In this document: one piece after another, positions 1 through 8,387 of the stretch
Position numbering within the stretch: the stretch's first letter is position 1
Layout of the letters: each line of letters begins with the position of its first letter
Assembly (NCBI GenBank): GCA_964521325.1
Contig: CAZFRL010000003.1
Span: 6,373 to 70,372 of the forward strand
Reading direction: 5' to 3'
DNA from: an uncultured Dehalococcoidales bacterium
GTDB lineage: Bacteria > Chloroflexota > Dehalococcoidia > Dehalococcoidales > CAZFRL01
Length of the DNA stretch: 64,000 bases
Position numbers and translations under genes: made by a program
The notes under the pieces: model-generated
Databases searched by the model: none
Seen by the model: the letters and a program-made list of their open reading frames with translations, nothing else
Told to the model about the DNA's origin: nothing

Positions 1-1651
1 CAGTGTCAGCAGCCACCTCCTTATCACCGACCACCAGCATATACGGAATCTTATCAAGTTGCGCCTGTCGAATCTTGAGATTCACTGTTTCCGACCGAGC
101 ATCAACTTCGGCACGAACCCCTTCACTTTTAAGTTCAGCCTCCAGTTTACGAGCATAATCCAAGTGGCGGTCCGCTATTGGAATCACCATTACCTGGACT
201 GGGGCTAGCCACACCGGGAAGGCACCTCCATAGTGCTCAGTAAGCGAGGCAAGAAAGCGCTCCATGCTACCCAGCACTGTCCGATGTACCATCACTACCA
301 GATGCTCCTCGCCGTCTTCACCAATGTAAGTAACATTGAAGCGCTGTGGCAGGTTAAAATCAACCTGGATAGTGGGACCCTGCCATGCCCTGCCTTGAGC
401 GTCCTCAAACTTAATGTCTATTTTAGGTCCATAAAATACACCTTCTCCCGGGTCTATATCATAGGCAAGCCCTAAACGAGCCAGAGCCTGGCTTAAGGTC
501 TCGGTAGCTTCTTCCCAGGCCTGGGTAGTGCCAGCATATTTCTCAGGTCGAGTAGAAAGTAACACCCGATAATTAGTAAAACCAAATGTGTCTATCATAA
601 AGCGGGCTAAATCCAATACCCCTGCCACTTCATCTTCTAGTTGGTCAAAACGACAGAATATATGGGCATCATCTTGGGTAAACCCTCTGACTCGGGATAG
701 ACCATGCAACACTCCAGAGCGCTCATAACGATAAACGGTGCCCAGCTCAGCGTAACGTATTGGCAGCTCTCGGTAACTGTGTAGCCCTGTTTTATAAATC
801 AGGATATGCCCGAGGCAATTCATTGGTTTAAGAATATATTCCTGCCCTTCCACCTCCATTGGGCTGTATAAATAATCACGATAAAATTCCCAATGACCGC
901 TGGTCCTCCACAAATCCAATTTGGCAATATGGGGGGTATATACCAGGTCATAGCCACGTTTGATATGCTCGTCTTTCCAGAAATCCTCAATAACCCGGCG
1001 TATCATTGCCCCCTTGGGATGCCAGTGAACCAGCCCCGGGCCAGCTTCCTCATGGATGCTAAACAGGTTAAGTTCCCTGCCCAATTTCCTATGGTCACGC
1101 TTGACTGCTTCATCCAGATTTTTTAGATATTCTGCCAAGGCCTCTTTTGTATTAAAAGCAACGCCATATATCCGTTGTAACATAGGACGATGCTCATCAC
1201 CCCGCCAGTAAGCGCCGGCAATGCTAACCAGCTTGAAAGCCTTTATTTCCCCGGTAGAATCCAGATGGGGTCCACGACATAAATCTACAAACGAACCCTG
1301 CCGATATAAGCTAACCTTCTCATCCGGGATTTCATCGATTAACTCCAGTTTATAGGGCTGAGCAGCAAACAGTTGCCGAGCTGCTTCCTTGGTCACTTCC
1401 TGTTTAACAAAGGGTTCGTTTTGAGCGATTAGCTCCTTCATCTTAGCTTCAATGACCGGCAAATCATCCGGAGTTAACGAGCGAGGTAAGTCAAAGTCAT
1501 AATAGAAGCCGCTTTCAATAGCCGGGCCAATGCCAAATTTAGCATCAGCGAAGACAGACTGAACTGCCTCAGCCATAACATGGGCTGCTGAATGCCGCAT
1601 TTTTTCCAGCTTGTTACCCTCCGTTGCCAGCTGCTCCTTATCAGAAACCAC
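1..1651 (-). CDS. thrS: threonyl-tRNA synthetase, nearly complete (C-terminal ~30 codons beyond the left window edge)
   Basis: Absent from the ORF track because it runs off the window. Manual reverse translation from GTG at 1651 (GAGAGGAG SD at ~1660-1667, in-frame TAA at 1670-1672) gives VVSDKEQLATEGNKLEKMRHSAAHVMAEAVQSVFADAKFGIGPAIESGFYYDF...EALAEYLKNLDEAVKRDHRKLG...LKIRQAQLDKIPYMLVVGDKEVAADT. This covers the ThrRS editing-domain HxxxH motif, the class II core and the anticodon-binding domain. No TGS domain precedes the HxxxH motif. Confidence 0.9.
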   Translation of the reverse strand, partial: MVSDKEQLATEGNKLEKMRHSAAHVMAEAVQSVFADAKFGIGPAIESGFYYDFDLPRSLTPDDLPVIEAKMKELIAQNEPFVKQEVTKEAARQLFAAQPYKLELIDEIPDEKVSLYRQGSFVDLCRGPHLDSTGEIKAFKLVSIAGAYWRGDEHRPMLQRIYGVAFNTKEALAEYLKNLDEAVKRDHRKLGRELNLFSIHEEAGPGLVHWHPKGAMIRRVIEDFWKDEHIKRGYDLVYTPHIAKLDLWRTSGHWEFYRDYLYSPMEVEGQEYILKPMNCLGHILIYKTGLHSYRELPIRYAELGTVYRYERSGVLHGLSRVRGFTQDDAHIFCRFDQLEDEVAGVLDLARFMIDTFGFTNYRVLLSTRPEKYAGTTQAWEEATETLSQALARLGLAYDIDPGEGVFYGPKIDIKFEDAQGRAWQGPTIQVDFNLPQRFNVTYIGEDGEEHLVVMVHRTVLGSMERFLASLTEHYGGAFPVWLAPVQVMVIPIADRHLDYARKLEAELKSEGVRAEVDARSETVNLKIRQAQLDKIPYMLVVGDKEVAADT

Positions 1652-1730
1652 TACTATACTCCTCTCAATTTATTAAATGAACACCTTCTAAATTATACTA
1701 GCCACAAGCTATAAGTGCAATCACCCTAGG

Positions 1731-1760
1731 TTGACAGGTTCAGCAAGCAACAGCTACAAT
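1731..1760 (+). promoter_or_regulatory. sigma70-type promoter candidate for the MFS gene
   Basis: TTGACA (1731-1736), 18-nt spacer, TACAAT (1755-1760). It lies only ~15 nt upstream of the TTG start at 1775, implying a very short leader. Confidence 0.5.
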
Positions 1761-1774
1761 GCCTTAGTACTACC

Positions 1775-2920
1775 TTGGTCAGGAAAATTTTCCCCATTTT
1801 AGCTTTATCCGCCTTCTCTTCAATGCTGGGCGTTGGCATAATAGCTCCACTCCTACCTCTTTACGCTGATAGCCTGGGAGCCACTGGAGTTTGGCTGGGT
1901 ATAATCTTTGCCAGCTTCTCTATCACCCGAGCTATATTCATGCCTATTTTCGGTAGACTCTCCGACCGCAAAGGTCGAAAAAATTTTATCTGCATTGGGC
2001 TTATTATCTATTCCATTATTTCGCTGGGCTATATATGGGCAGATAATGTCTCGCAGCTAACCCTGGTTCGCTTAATACAAGGGACTGCCGCGGCAATGAT
2101 TATCCCCATTGTCATAGCTTATGTTGGTGATACTTTACCGGAGGGTGAAGAGGGAAAATGGATGGGTTACCTTCAAGCTGCTCTTTTCAGCGGTTTTGGC
2201 ATTGGCCCTCTTCTGGGTGGATTGCTAACCGACCACTTCGGGATGAATGTCGCCTTCTATTCTATGGGCGGTCTTAATCTCCTGGCTTTCCTGCTAGCTG
2301 TTCTTTTTCTGCCCGAGATCAGACAGAGGAAAATGACAACAAGCCCTCACCTATCCTTTAGAGAGATAGGCGCTAGCAACATTGTAAAGGGGATTTTTAG
2401 TTTCCGACTGGGATATTCCACAGTTAGAGGCATCTTTACCTGCTTTCTCCCTATCTTTGCTGCTGTGTATATTGGCTTGAGCCCAACTTCAATCGGGATA
2501 CTGCTGGCAGTCAATATGTTGTTAATGTCAGTACTCTCGGTTCCTTTAGGTAGAATTGCCGATAGATTCAATAGAAGGGTCTTGGTAATTCTGGGTAACT
2601 CTATGTACGTTATATTTCTGGGTCTATTTCCGCTGGTACGTAACTTCTGGCAGTTATTGTTGCTGTGTGTCCTTCTAGGCATCGGCGGTGCAATCTCCTT
2701 GCCAGCCGCCTCAGCGTTGACTATAGACGAGGGCAGAAAGTTAGGCATGGGGACAACTATTGCCATATTTACCCTGGCTTTTAGCATAGGTATGGCTGTA
2801 GGGCCACTTCTAGGTGGGGTAATAGCCGATTCAGTAAATATTAACTCGGTGTTCTACTTTGGAACGGCTGTGGGACTTATCGGTACTGGCTTATTTGCCT
2901 GGTTTACCAGACGCCACTAA
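1775..2920 (+). CDS. MFS transporter
   Basis: 381-aa ORF with ~11-12 hydrophobic helices and the MFS TM2-TM3 loop motif GRLSDRKGRK. TTG start as in the track. Confidence 0.85.
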   Translation: MVRKIFPILALSAFSSMLGVGIIAPLLPLYADSLGATGVWLGIIFASFSITRAIFMPIFGRLSDRKGRKNFICIGLIIYSIISLGYIWADNVSQLTLVRLIQGTAAAMIIPIVIAYVGDTLPEGEEGKWMGYLQAALFSGFGIGPLLGGLLTDHFGMNVAFYSMGGLNLLAFLLAVLFLPEIRQRKMTTSPHLSFREIGASNIVKGIFSFRLGYSTVRGIFTCFLPIFAAVYIGLSPTSIGILLAVNMLLMSVLSVPLGRIADRFNRRVLVILGNSMYVIFLGLFPLVRNFWQLLLLCVLLGIGGAISLPAASALTIDEGRKLGMGTTIAIFTLAFSIGMAVGPLLGGVIADSVNINSVFYFGTAVGLIGTGLFAWFTRRH

Positions 2921-2936
2921 TATAGCGCCCACATTC

Positions 2937-3575
2937 CTATTCTAAAAGCTCCAGGTTCCTGACCACATCATTAAGGTCAATAAAGGGGGTGCAGTTAAGA
3001 TTTATCTCCTTACAGCAGGTCAGCAGCTCATCTCTAGCGAAAATGTGCTGAGCTAGCTTTGCCGCCGGGACATCGGAAAAACCATTTCCCACATATACCA
3101 CGCGATAACCTCTTTTTAAGAATAACCTGGTATACGATTCCTTGAAATCACTTTGTAATTGGTTACCCTCTGGCCCTACATATCTGACTTCCATACCTTC
3201 GGGACTGAATCGTGTTTGGGCAGCGAATGCCTCAATATCCTCTGCCCCAATATCCCTTAAAATTGTGTCTATATAGAAATCCAGACCATTACTTACAATA
3301 ACAAACTGGAAGCCCTTCCTGCGACAACAGTCCAGTAATCCGTCAAATCCGGCTCGTATTTTCGCCTCGCGCCGCACCAAGTCAACCAAGGTCTGTCTAT
3401 CCGCCTTAACCATGGCGAAAGCCCTGGTATTGAAATAGCCAACAGGTATCTTGCCCTCCCTGTAATCGGCTAGCAACTGCCTCCAGTTTCCATTGGCAAA
3501 GGCATCCAGCAATAGGAAACTTACATCCTTTTCGGTAATTGTGCCATCAAAATCACATTGAACTAAGGTTGTCAT
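2937..3575 (-). CDS. HAD-superfamily phosphatase (HAD-IB, MtnX/phosphoserine-phosphatase-like)
   Basis: 212 aa. HAD motif I DFDGT near the N-terminus and a late GNGFSD motif. Confidence 0.75.
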   Translation of the reverse strand: MTTLVQCDFDGTITEKDVSFLLLDAFANGNWRQLLADYREGKIPVGYFNTRAFAMVKADRQTLVDLVRREAKIRAGFDGLLDCCRRKGFQFVIVSNGLDFYIDTILRDIGAEDIEAFAAQTRFSPEGMEVRYVGPEGNQLQSDFKESYTRLFLKRGYRVVYVGNGFSDVPAAKLAQHIFARDELLTCCKEINLNCTPFIDLNDVVRNLELLE

Positions 3576-3612
3576 TGTTTTAGTCCCGGTTCAGGCTTAA
3601 TCCCTTGTAGCC

Positions 3613-3945
3613 TTAATGCTCTTCTGGGAACCACCCCTCCTTTGCCAGAATCTCATTCGTTATTTTTGTACCTGGCATATCACCCCTTGCCACATTTATT
3701 GAGACTCCTTCGCCAACGGCATTTGCAATCTTTGCCACCGCTTCATGTGAGAAACCAGGGCAGAGAATGAAGGATTGGAGCCCTTCGTTTTGAACTAAGT
3801 CCTTGCAGACATCGGCTGCTTGGTCAAAATTCATAAGCTCAACTACTACCGTGGTAAGTTCATGCTTAGAGGTCTTGATCGAAGCTCTGTGTATCTTGGG
3901 GTCACCATCAGGTGCCATAACGATAAATCCCGATTTGAAAGCCAC
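3613..3945 (-). CDS. small conserved-looking soluble protein of unknown function
   Basis: 110-aa ORF with GGAGG-type SD (aaggaggtgtgct) upstream. I can name no motif. Confidence 0.6.
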   Translation of the reverse strand: MAFKSGFIVMAPDGDPKIHRASIKTSKHELTTVVVELMNFDQAADVCKDLVQNEGLQSFILCPGFSHEAVAKIANAVGEGVSINVARGDMPGTKITNEILAKEGWFPEEH

Positions 3946-4157
3946 AGCACACCTCCTTATTTATTCACTTTTATCTATTTGAGAATTTGATTGTCTCTTT
4001 ATCTTACCGCCGCATTGTAATATTCGCCGTAATAGCCGTCAATATAACTGGCTTCTAGCGGGGTGTGACGAAGTCGCTATAGGCGATTTGCACAAAGCGG
4101 AGTGAGTTCGCTACCAGGATATTAGGCCATCTGGTGCCAATCAGCTTGACCTACTCC

Positions 4158-4574
4158 CTAGTCTACCTTAGCGCCTAGTTGTGTCATAAAGCCCAGGTTG
4201 TCGCTCTCATTCCATTCTTCCACGATTTTGCCACCTGCGATGTGAAGGATACTGATCCCTGTTATCGTCACTCGCTTACCCGTAGGGGCGATTCCCATAT
4301 ACTCACCTTTGTGGGTGCCACTCCAGCTCCAGCGCACCGCAATCTTGTCTCCTTCGGCAACCATATCCTCTGCGGCGCAATTAGTGTTGGCAAAGGGAGC
4401 GAGCGCCTCGGTCACAGCTTGTTTGTAGCCCTCCCGATTGGGCGCTACTTCGACACCAGGATAGTGAAATATAACGTCGGCGGCACAAAGCTCATCAATT
4501 GCAGCCGTGTCCGCCTTCGTCCAGATTTCCTCTGCCCAGCGATGGGCGAGAGCCTTACTTTCTTCCATTGACAT
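4158..4574 (-). CDS. SnoaL-like / ester cyclase (NTF2-fold) protein
   Basis: 138 aa. Pattern WAEEIW...D..AIDEL.A.DV..H....GTHKGEYMGIAPTGKRV...GISI......GKIVEEW is typical of ester-cyclase/SnoaL-like proteins. AGGAGG SD upstream. Confidence 0.8.
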   Translation of the reverse strand: MSMEESKALAHRWAEEIWTKADTAAIDELCAADVIFHYPGVEVAPNREGYKQAVTEALAPFANTNCAAEDMVAEGDKIAVRWSWSGTHKGEYMGIAPTGKRVTITGISILHIAGGKIVEEWNESDNLGFMTQLGAKVD

Positions 4575-4665
4575 GACTTATCACCTCCTTTTTTAGTTAA
4601 CTCAATGGTAATATCTGCCATAGTAGCTGTCAAGCCAACCCACTTCCAACACTCTGATAAGCCTG

Positions 4666-4694
4666 TTGATGTAATAGACAGCGGTAGGTATAAT
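4666..4694 (+). promoter_or_regulatory. sigma70-type promoter candidate for the 4725 gene
   Basis: TTGATG (4666-4671), 17-nt spacer, TATAAT (4689-4694), 30 nt upstream of the ATG. Confidence 0.55.
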
Positions 4695-4724
4695 TGTAAC
4701 ACCAGTATTTAGCTTGGATAGTAT

Positions 4725-6212
4725 ATGAACCAGCAGAACACTGATAGAACCGCCAAATTTGATTATCTAATACTACTCCCGATACTGGGACTAGCATTTT
4801 ACATTGCATTCATTCCCCACCACTCCTATCCCTACCCGGTACACGTTGATGAGTGGATTCACCTGGCTCTTTCTAAAGCAACAATACAAGCCGGTAGCAC
4901 TACCTTCATCGACCCTTTTTTAGGAGAATCAACTCTAGGTTTCACCTCCACCTTTGAGGCTGGCTACCATGTATTCTGGGGCATCTTTCATCAGATTAGT
5001 GGCATTCCATGGATGGTTATCTCTAGATACTTCCCAAGCATTATTTTTATGCTGACTGTTCTTTCAGCCTATGTTTTGGGTAGAAGACAGGGATTTGGCT
5101 GGGAGGCAGCTCTCTTCACCTGCCTGATACCAACCACAGTTGGAATTATGGGTCCCGCCTTTCTCGTTCCGGTGGCAATGGGATTACCCTTCATCCTCCT
5201 TTCAATCTTTGTCGCCTTTAATTTTAGAAGCATCTGGTCTTACATCGTATTATTTATTTTCATCTGTGCTCTGTTTTGTATGCATGCAGTAACAGCAGTA
5301 GCTGTAGTCCTCATTCTTATACCCTATATCTTGCTCAATCTGAAGGGTAACTTTAAACACAGCTTGGGGATAACGCTAGCCCTGGGAATACCCTGCCTCG
5401 TACCCTTCCTCTGGATACCCCAAGCCTTGCTATCTCAAGTGGAGCCACTACTCAGCTTACAGCCTCTACCTGCCTATATCGATTTGCCACTGATTATCAA
5501 GACTTATGGTTACCTTCCCGTCGCGCTCTGCCTTCTGGGTATTTTCCTGCTAGCAATTAGGGGTGAAAAGAAAAACTACGGCTTGATATCAGGCTTGCTG
5601 GTTCTATTACTGATGCTTGTCAGCTTCTTCTCCTTCCACTACGGAATACCTATAATGTATTACCGTGGGTTGACATGGACGATGTTGATGATGAGCATTG
5701 TTGCCGGGGCTGGTTTGATGGGAATAAGAAAAATCAGGCTACCGGCGAAGTTCAACGCCCAGCTAAAGATGCCTCTCATTACACAAAATGTGGGGATTAT
5801 CTTGTGCCTTGTTCTCATTGGACTGACGTTAGTCTTCTGTATTCCAGCCCGTCAAGACACCCCCTATTATCACATGATTGACACAGAAGATTATGAGGCA
5901 TTTGTCTGGATAAAAGACAATATCAGTGATACTTACGAGAAGGCAATTCTAGACCCATGGAAAGCTACCGCCTTTACTGCCATCACCGGGAAAAAAGTTT
6001 ATACCAAGATACATGCCCATCCCGAATCCACTGACAATGAAGCCTATGAATTTCTACAGAATGACTGCACTGATACTACCTTCCTGGCGGAAAATGACAT
6101 TTCTATTGTTTATACCCGGGGGGAATGTCGTAATCCTGACTTGGTAGAGGTGGGAAAGAATACCTACTTACTTGAAGAAGTGCCGAAGGATGAACAAAGT
6201 ATCCCTATTTAG
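4725..6212 (+). CDS. polytopic membrane protein with C-terminal soluble domain; possible GT-C-fold glycosyltransferase/oligosaccharyltransferase-like (function uncertain)
   Basis: 495 aa with ~12 hydrophobic segments followed by a ~110-aa hydrophilic tail. The first extracytoplasmic loop carries HVDEWIH, loosely reminiscent of the acidic EL1 motif of GT-C enzymes. No WWDYG motif. Confidence 0.6.
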   Translation: MNQQNTDRTAKFDYLILLPILGLAFYIAFIPHHSYPYPVHVDEWIHLALSKATIQAGSTTFIDPFLGESTLGFTSTFEAGYHVFWGIFHQISGIPWMVISRYFPSIIFMLTVLSAYVLGRRQGFGWEAALFTCLIPTTVGIMGPAFLVPVAMGLPFILLSIFVAFNFRSIWSYIVLFIFICALFCMHAVTAVAVVLILIPYILLNLKGNFKHSLGITLALGIPCLVPFLWIPQALLSQVEPLLSLQPLPAYIDLPLIIKTYGYLPVALCLLGIFLLAIRGEKKNYGLISGLLVLLLMLVSFFSFHYGIPIMYYRGLTWTMLMMSIVAGAGLMGIRKIRLPAKFNAQLKMPLITQNVGIILCLVLIGLTLVFCIPARQDTPYYHMIDTEDYEAFVWIKDNISDTYEKAILDPWKATAFTAITGKKVYTKIHAHPESTDNEAYEFLQNDCTDTTFLAENDISIVYTRGECRNPDLVEVGKNTYLLEEVPKDEQSIPI

Positions 6213-6258
6213 GGAACTAACTGAGTATGCCTACCTGCCATGACCAAGACTCTCGTCT

Positions 6259-7131
6259 TTACTCTGTAGCGTCAACCCAAAGGTAAAGCCGGCGGTAGGG
6301 CTCGCCCTCTTCACATCTATATAACCGGAATTCCACCTTCTGATTTCCCCCTGCCTTATCCAGTGTAAAGCTGGTTTTCCTCTCCCATCGCTCTTGATGA
6401 GCCAGCACCACCGGTCCTATTTCCTCGTTTATTACCCCGTCTACTGTCACTTCCACCCGGTATCTCATTTCTTCCTGCTCCTCGTTTACAATGCCGAGTA
6501 TCACCCTTGCCTCTTCCCCCACCACAAGCTTCTCGGGGTAACCTTCAGCCTTACCTTCCAGTCCCAAGATATAAAATTGGGTGAACCTTTCTCCTGTTTC
6601 GGGTGTAGCCATCACATAGCCCAGAGTTACTATAGCCCCCAATATGGCGATTGCCAGAATAATGGATAGCACTCTATTCCCGATAGCTTCACCCCAACCT
6701 GGTATCGCCAGGTGAAATTTAATACTAAACCTCTCCTCTGCCGTTAAGTTTCTTCTCCGAACCCAGGCAATACCCGAAACAATAAATATAAAGCAAGCTA
6801 CAGAATACAGGACAGGTTCTGGCCTTATCCCCCAGAGGGTATAGTTAAAAATAAGTCCGATAAACGCCGCCACAGGAAGGCTTAGGCCAAAGCTCAGGGC
6901 TACTCTCTCAATACCACCCAAGTCGCCTTTTCTGGGGAATAATGCAGCCATCAATGCATACCCGGGGAAGAAAAGCGCCACTAGCAGTCCGAAGATAGCA
7001 TGCAAGATACCACGTGGAAGGAAGGTAATGATGATAATTAACAGGACAGTCAGAACAATAATAATTAACAGCTCATTTTTGACCTTTGTTTCCATAGTTA
7101 CATTTAGATCCGTTATCGGACTATAGTCCAT
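6259..7131 (-). CDS. DUF1616-like membrane protein (N-terminal 4-5 TM, C-terminal beta-rich domain)
   Basis: 290 aa. PGYALMAALFP...ERVALSFGLS...TQFYILGLEGKAEGYP matches my recollection of DUF1616, a family common in archaeal surface-glycosylation neighbourhoods. Family assignment is from memory only. Confidence 0.65.
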   Translation of the reverse strand: MDYSPITDLNVTMETKVKNELLIIIVLTVLLIIIITFLPRGILHAIFGLLVALFFPGYALMAALFPRKGDLGGIERVALSFGLSLPVAAFIGLIFNYTLWGIRPEPVLYSVACFIFIVSGIAWVRRRNLTAEERFSIKFHLAIPGWGEAIGNRVLSIILAIAILGAIVTLGYVMATPETGERFTQFYILGLEGKAEGYPEKLVVGEEARVILGIVNEEQEEMRYRVEVTVDGVINEEIGPVVLAHQERWERKTSFTLDKAGGNQKVEFRLYRCEEGEPYRRLYLWVDATE

Positions 7132-7261
7132 TCTTTATTTAGAGTGTAATCTAGCCTTAACCAGAAGGCGATATAAAACCATGCCGCTTGCTCTTGACAA
7201 AAACGATGCAAAAGCAGCTAGCTCTTTCCAGTTTGAGGTATAGCCTAGAAAAATAGCTCTC

Positions 7262-7289
7262 TTGCTAAAGGCCCCTTCTTTTCTATAAT
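7262..7289 (+). promoter_or_regulatory. sigma70-type promoter candidate
   Basis: TTGCTA (7262-7267), 16-nt spacer, perfect TATAAT (7284-7289), upstream of the glycan gene train. Confidence 0.45.
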
Positions 7290-7306
7290 AGGTTAGCAAA
7301 AAGGCA

Positions 7307-7318
7307 TGCCACCTGGCA
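7307..7318. promoter_or_regulatory. palindromic operator candidate TGCCAccTGGCA (site A)
   Basis: Perfect TGCCA-N2-TGGCA, ending exactly 6 nt upstream of TTGACA at 7325-7330. The same geometry occurs at 10414-10437 and, on the minus strand, at 56212-56189. Confidence 0.6.
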
Positions 7319-7324
7319 AGTTAC

Positions 7325-7358
7325 TTGACAATTAGCAATTAATCTTGGAAAATATAGT
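7325..7358 (+). promoter_or_regulatory. promoter candidate of the 7461 operon (paralogous to the 10432 promoter)
   Basis: TTGACA at 7325-7330. The -10 is ambiguous: TGgAAAATA at +18 or TATAGT at +22. The block ACTTGACA-N4-GCAATTAAT-N-TTG-N-AAAATAT-N-GT is repeated at 10430-10464. Confidence 0.5.
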
Positions 7359-7460
7359 AGAAAATTTAGCCAGGGCTGCCGAAGCAGGACATACTGGGTT
7401 GGTAGTTAGGCAGGGTACTCTCAGGTCTACCAAGCTTTTAGAGACCAGAAATGGAATTGA

Positions 7461-8387
7461 ATGGAAAAGGTAGTCGTTACCGGTGGAGCCGGGTTTATCG
7501 GCTCACACCTCGCTGAGAAACTAGCGGGACGAGGCTATCAGGTAACAATTATAGATGACCTCTCTAGCGGGAAACGGAAAAACATAGAACGACTACTAAG
7601 CCAGGATAAAGTTGGATTCATCAAAGGTAGTATCCTCACTCCTCCTCTGCTCCAAAAACTTTTCCAGGGTACTGACTATGTCTTCCACCAGGCAGCTATT
7701 CCCAGCGTTCCCAGAAGTATAAACAATCCTCTTGCTTCCCATGAAGCAAACGTTACTGGGGTACTGAATGTGCTTATCGCTGCCAGAGATAATGGTGTTA
7801 AGAAGGTAATCTATGCTTCGTCCTCCTCAGTCTATGGTGACACTCCAACCCTTCCCAAAAGAGAGGACATGCTGCCCAACCCCCAGTCTCCTTATGCGGT
7901 AACCAAACTTACCGGAGAGTATTACTGTCGAGTTTTTGAGCAAGTCTATGGGCTTGCCACCATTTGCCTCAGATATTTTAACGTCTATGGTCCCAGACAG
8001 GACATCGATTCTCAGTATGCTGCTGTTATTCCCAGGTTTATAAAGAGAGCCTTGGCAGGGAAGGCTCCCATTATTTTTGGCGATGGTGAGCAAAGCAGAG
8101 ACTTCACCTTTGTTACGGATGTAGTTGAAGCTAATATCTTAGCTGCCGAAAGTCAGGCTTGCGGTGTATTTAACATTGGCAGAGGTAAGAATATCACCAT
8201 AAACGAGCTGGCAAATCTTGCCCTGAATATCACGGGAAGTAAGGTTGAACCGTCTTACCAAGAGCCAAGACCTGGAGATATTAAGCACAGTCTTGCCGAT
8301 ATCTCTAAAGCCAGAACCTTTGGCTACGAGCCAAAATATAGCCTGAAAGAGGGGCTAGGGCGGACCTTTAAGGAGTTCAGACAATGA
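7461..8387 (+). CDS. NAD-dependent nucleotide-sugar 4-epimerase (extended SDR, WbpP/TviC-like)
   Basis: 308 aa. GGAGFIGSH Rossmann motif, catalytic SPYAVTK (YxxxK) and DD.SSG near the N-terminus. ATGA overlap with the next gene. Confidence 0.85.
   Translation: MEKVVVTGGAGFIGSHLAEKLAGRGYQVTIIDDLSSGKRKNIERLLSQDKVGFIKGSILTPPLLQKLFQGTDYVFHQAAIPSVPRSINNPLASHEANVTGVLNVLIAARDNGVKKVIYASSSSVYGDTPTLPKREDMLPNPQSPYAVTKLTGEYYCRVFEQVYGLATICLRYFNVYGPRQDIDSQYAAVIPRFIKRALAGKAPIIFGDGEQSRDFTFVTDVVEANILAAESQACGVFNIGRGKNITINELANLALNITGSKVEPSYQEPRPGDIKHSLADISKARTFGYEPKYSLKEGLGRTFKEFRQ

Noticed and set aside
233-1126. Track ORFs 233-475 (+) and 893-1126 (+)
   Set aside because: They lie antisense inside the clearly coding thrS reading frame (minus strand). 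They have no motifs and no SD, so they are shadow ORFs.
2347-2787. Antisense or overlapping ORFs nested in larger genes, for example 2347-2787, 4179-4571, 4445-4702, 10584-11226, 24724-25155, 29609-30064, 44059-44816, 48029-48640, 53080-53418, 60240-60620, 62659-62925
   Set aside because: Each is fully contained in a longer ORF with strong family motifs on the opposite strand or another frame. Their compositions are typical of shadow frames (Ser/Leu/Pro/Arg-rich, no recognisable domains).
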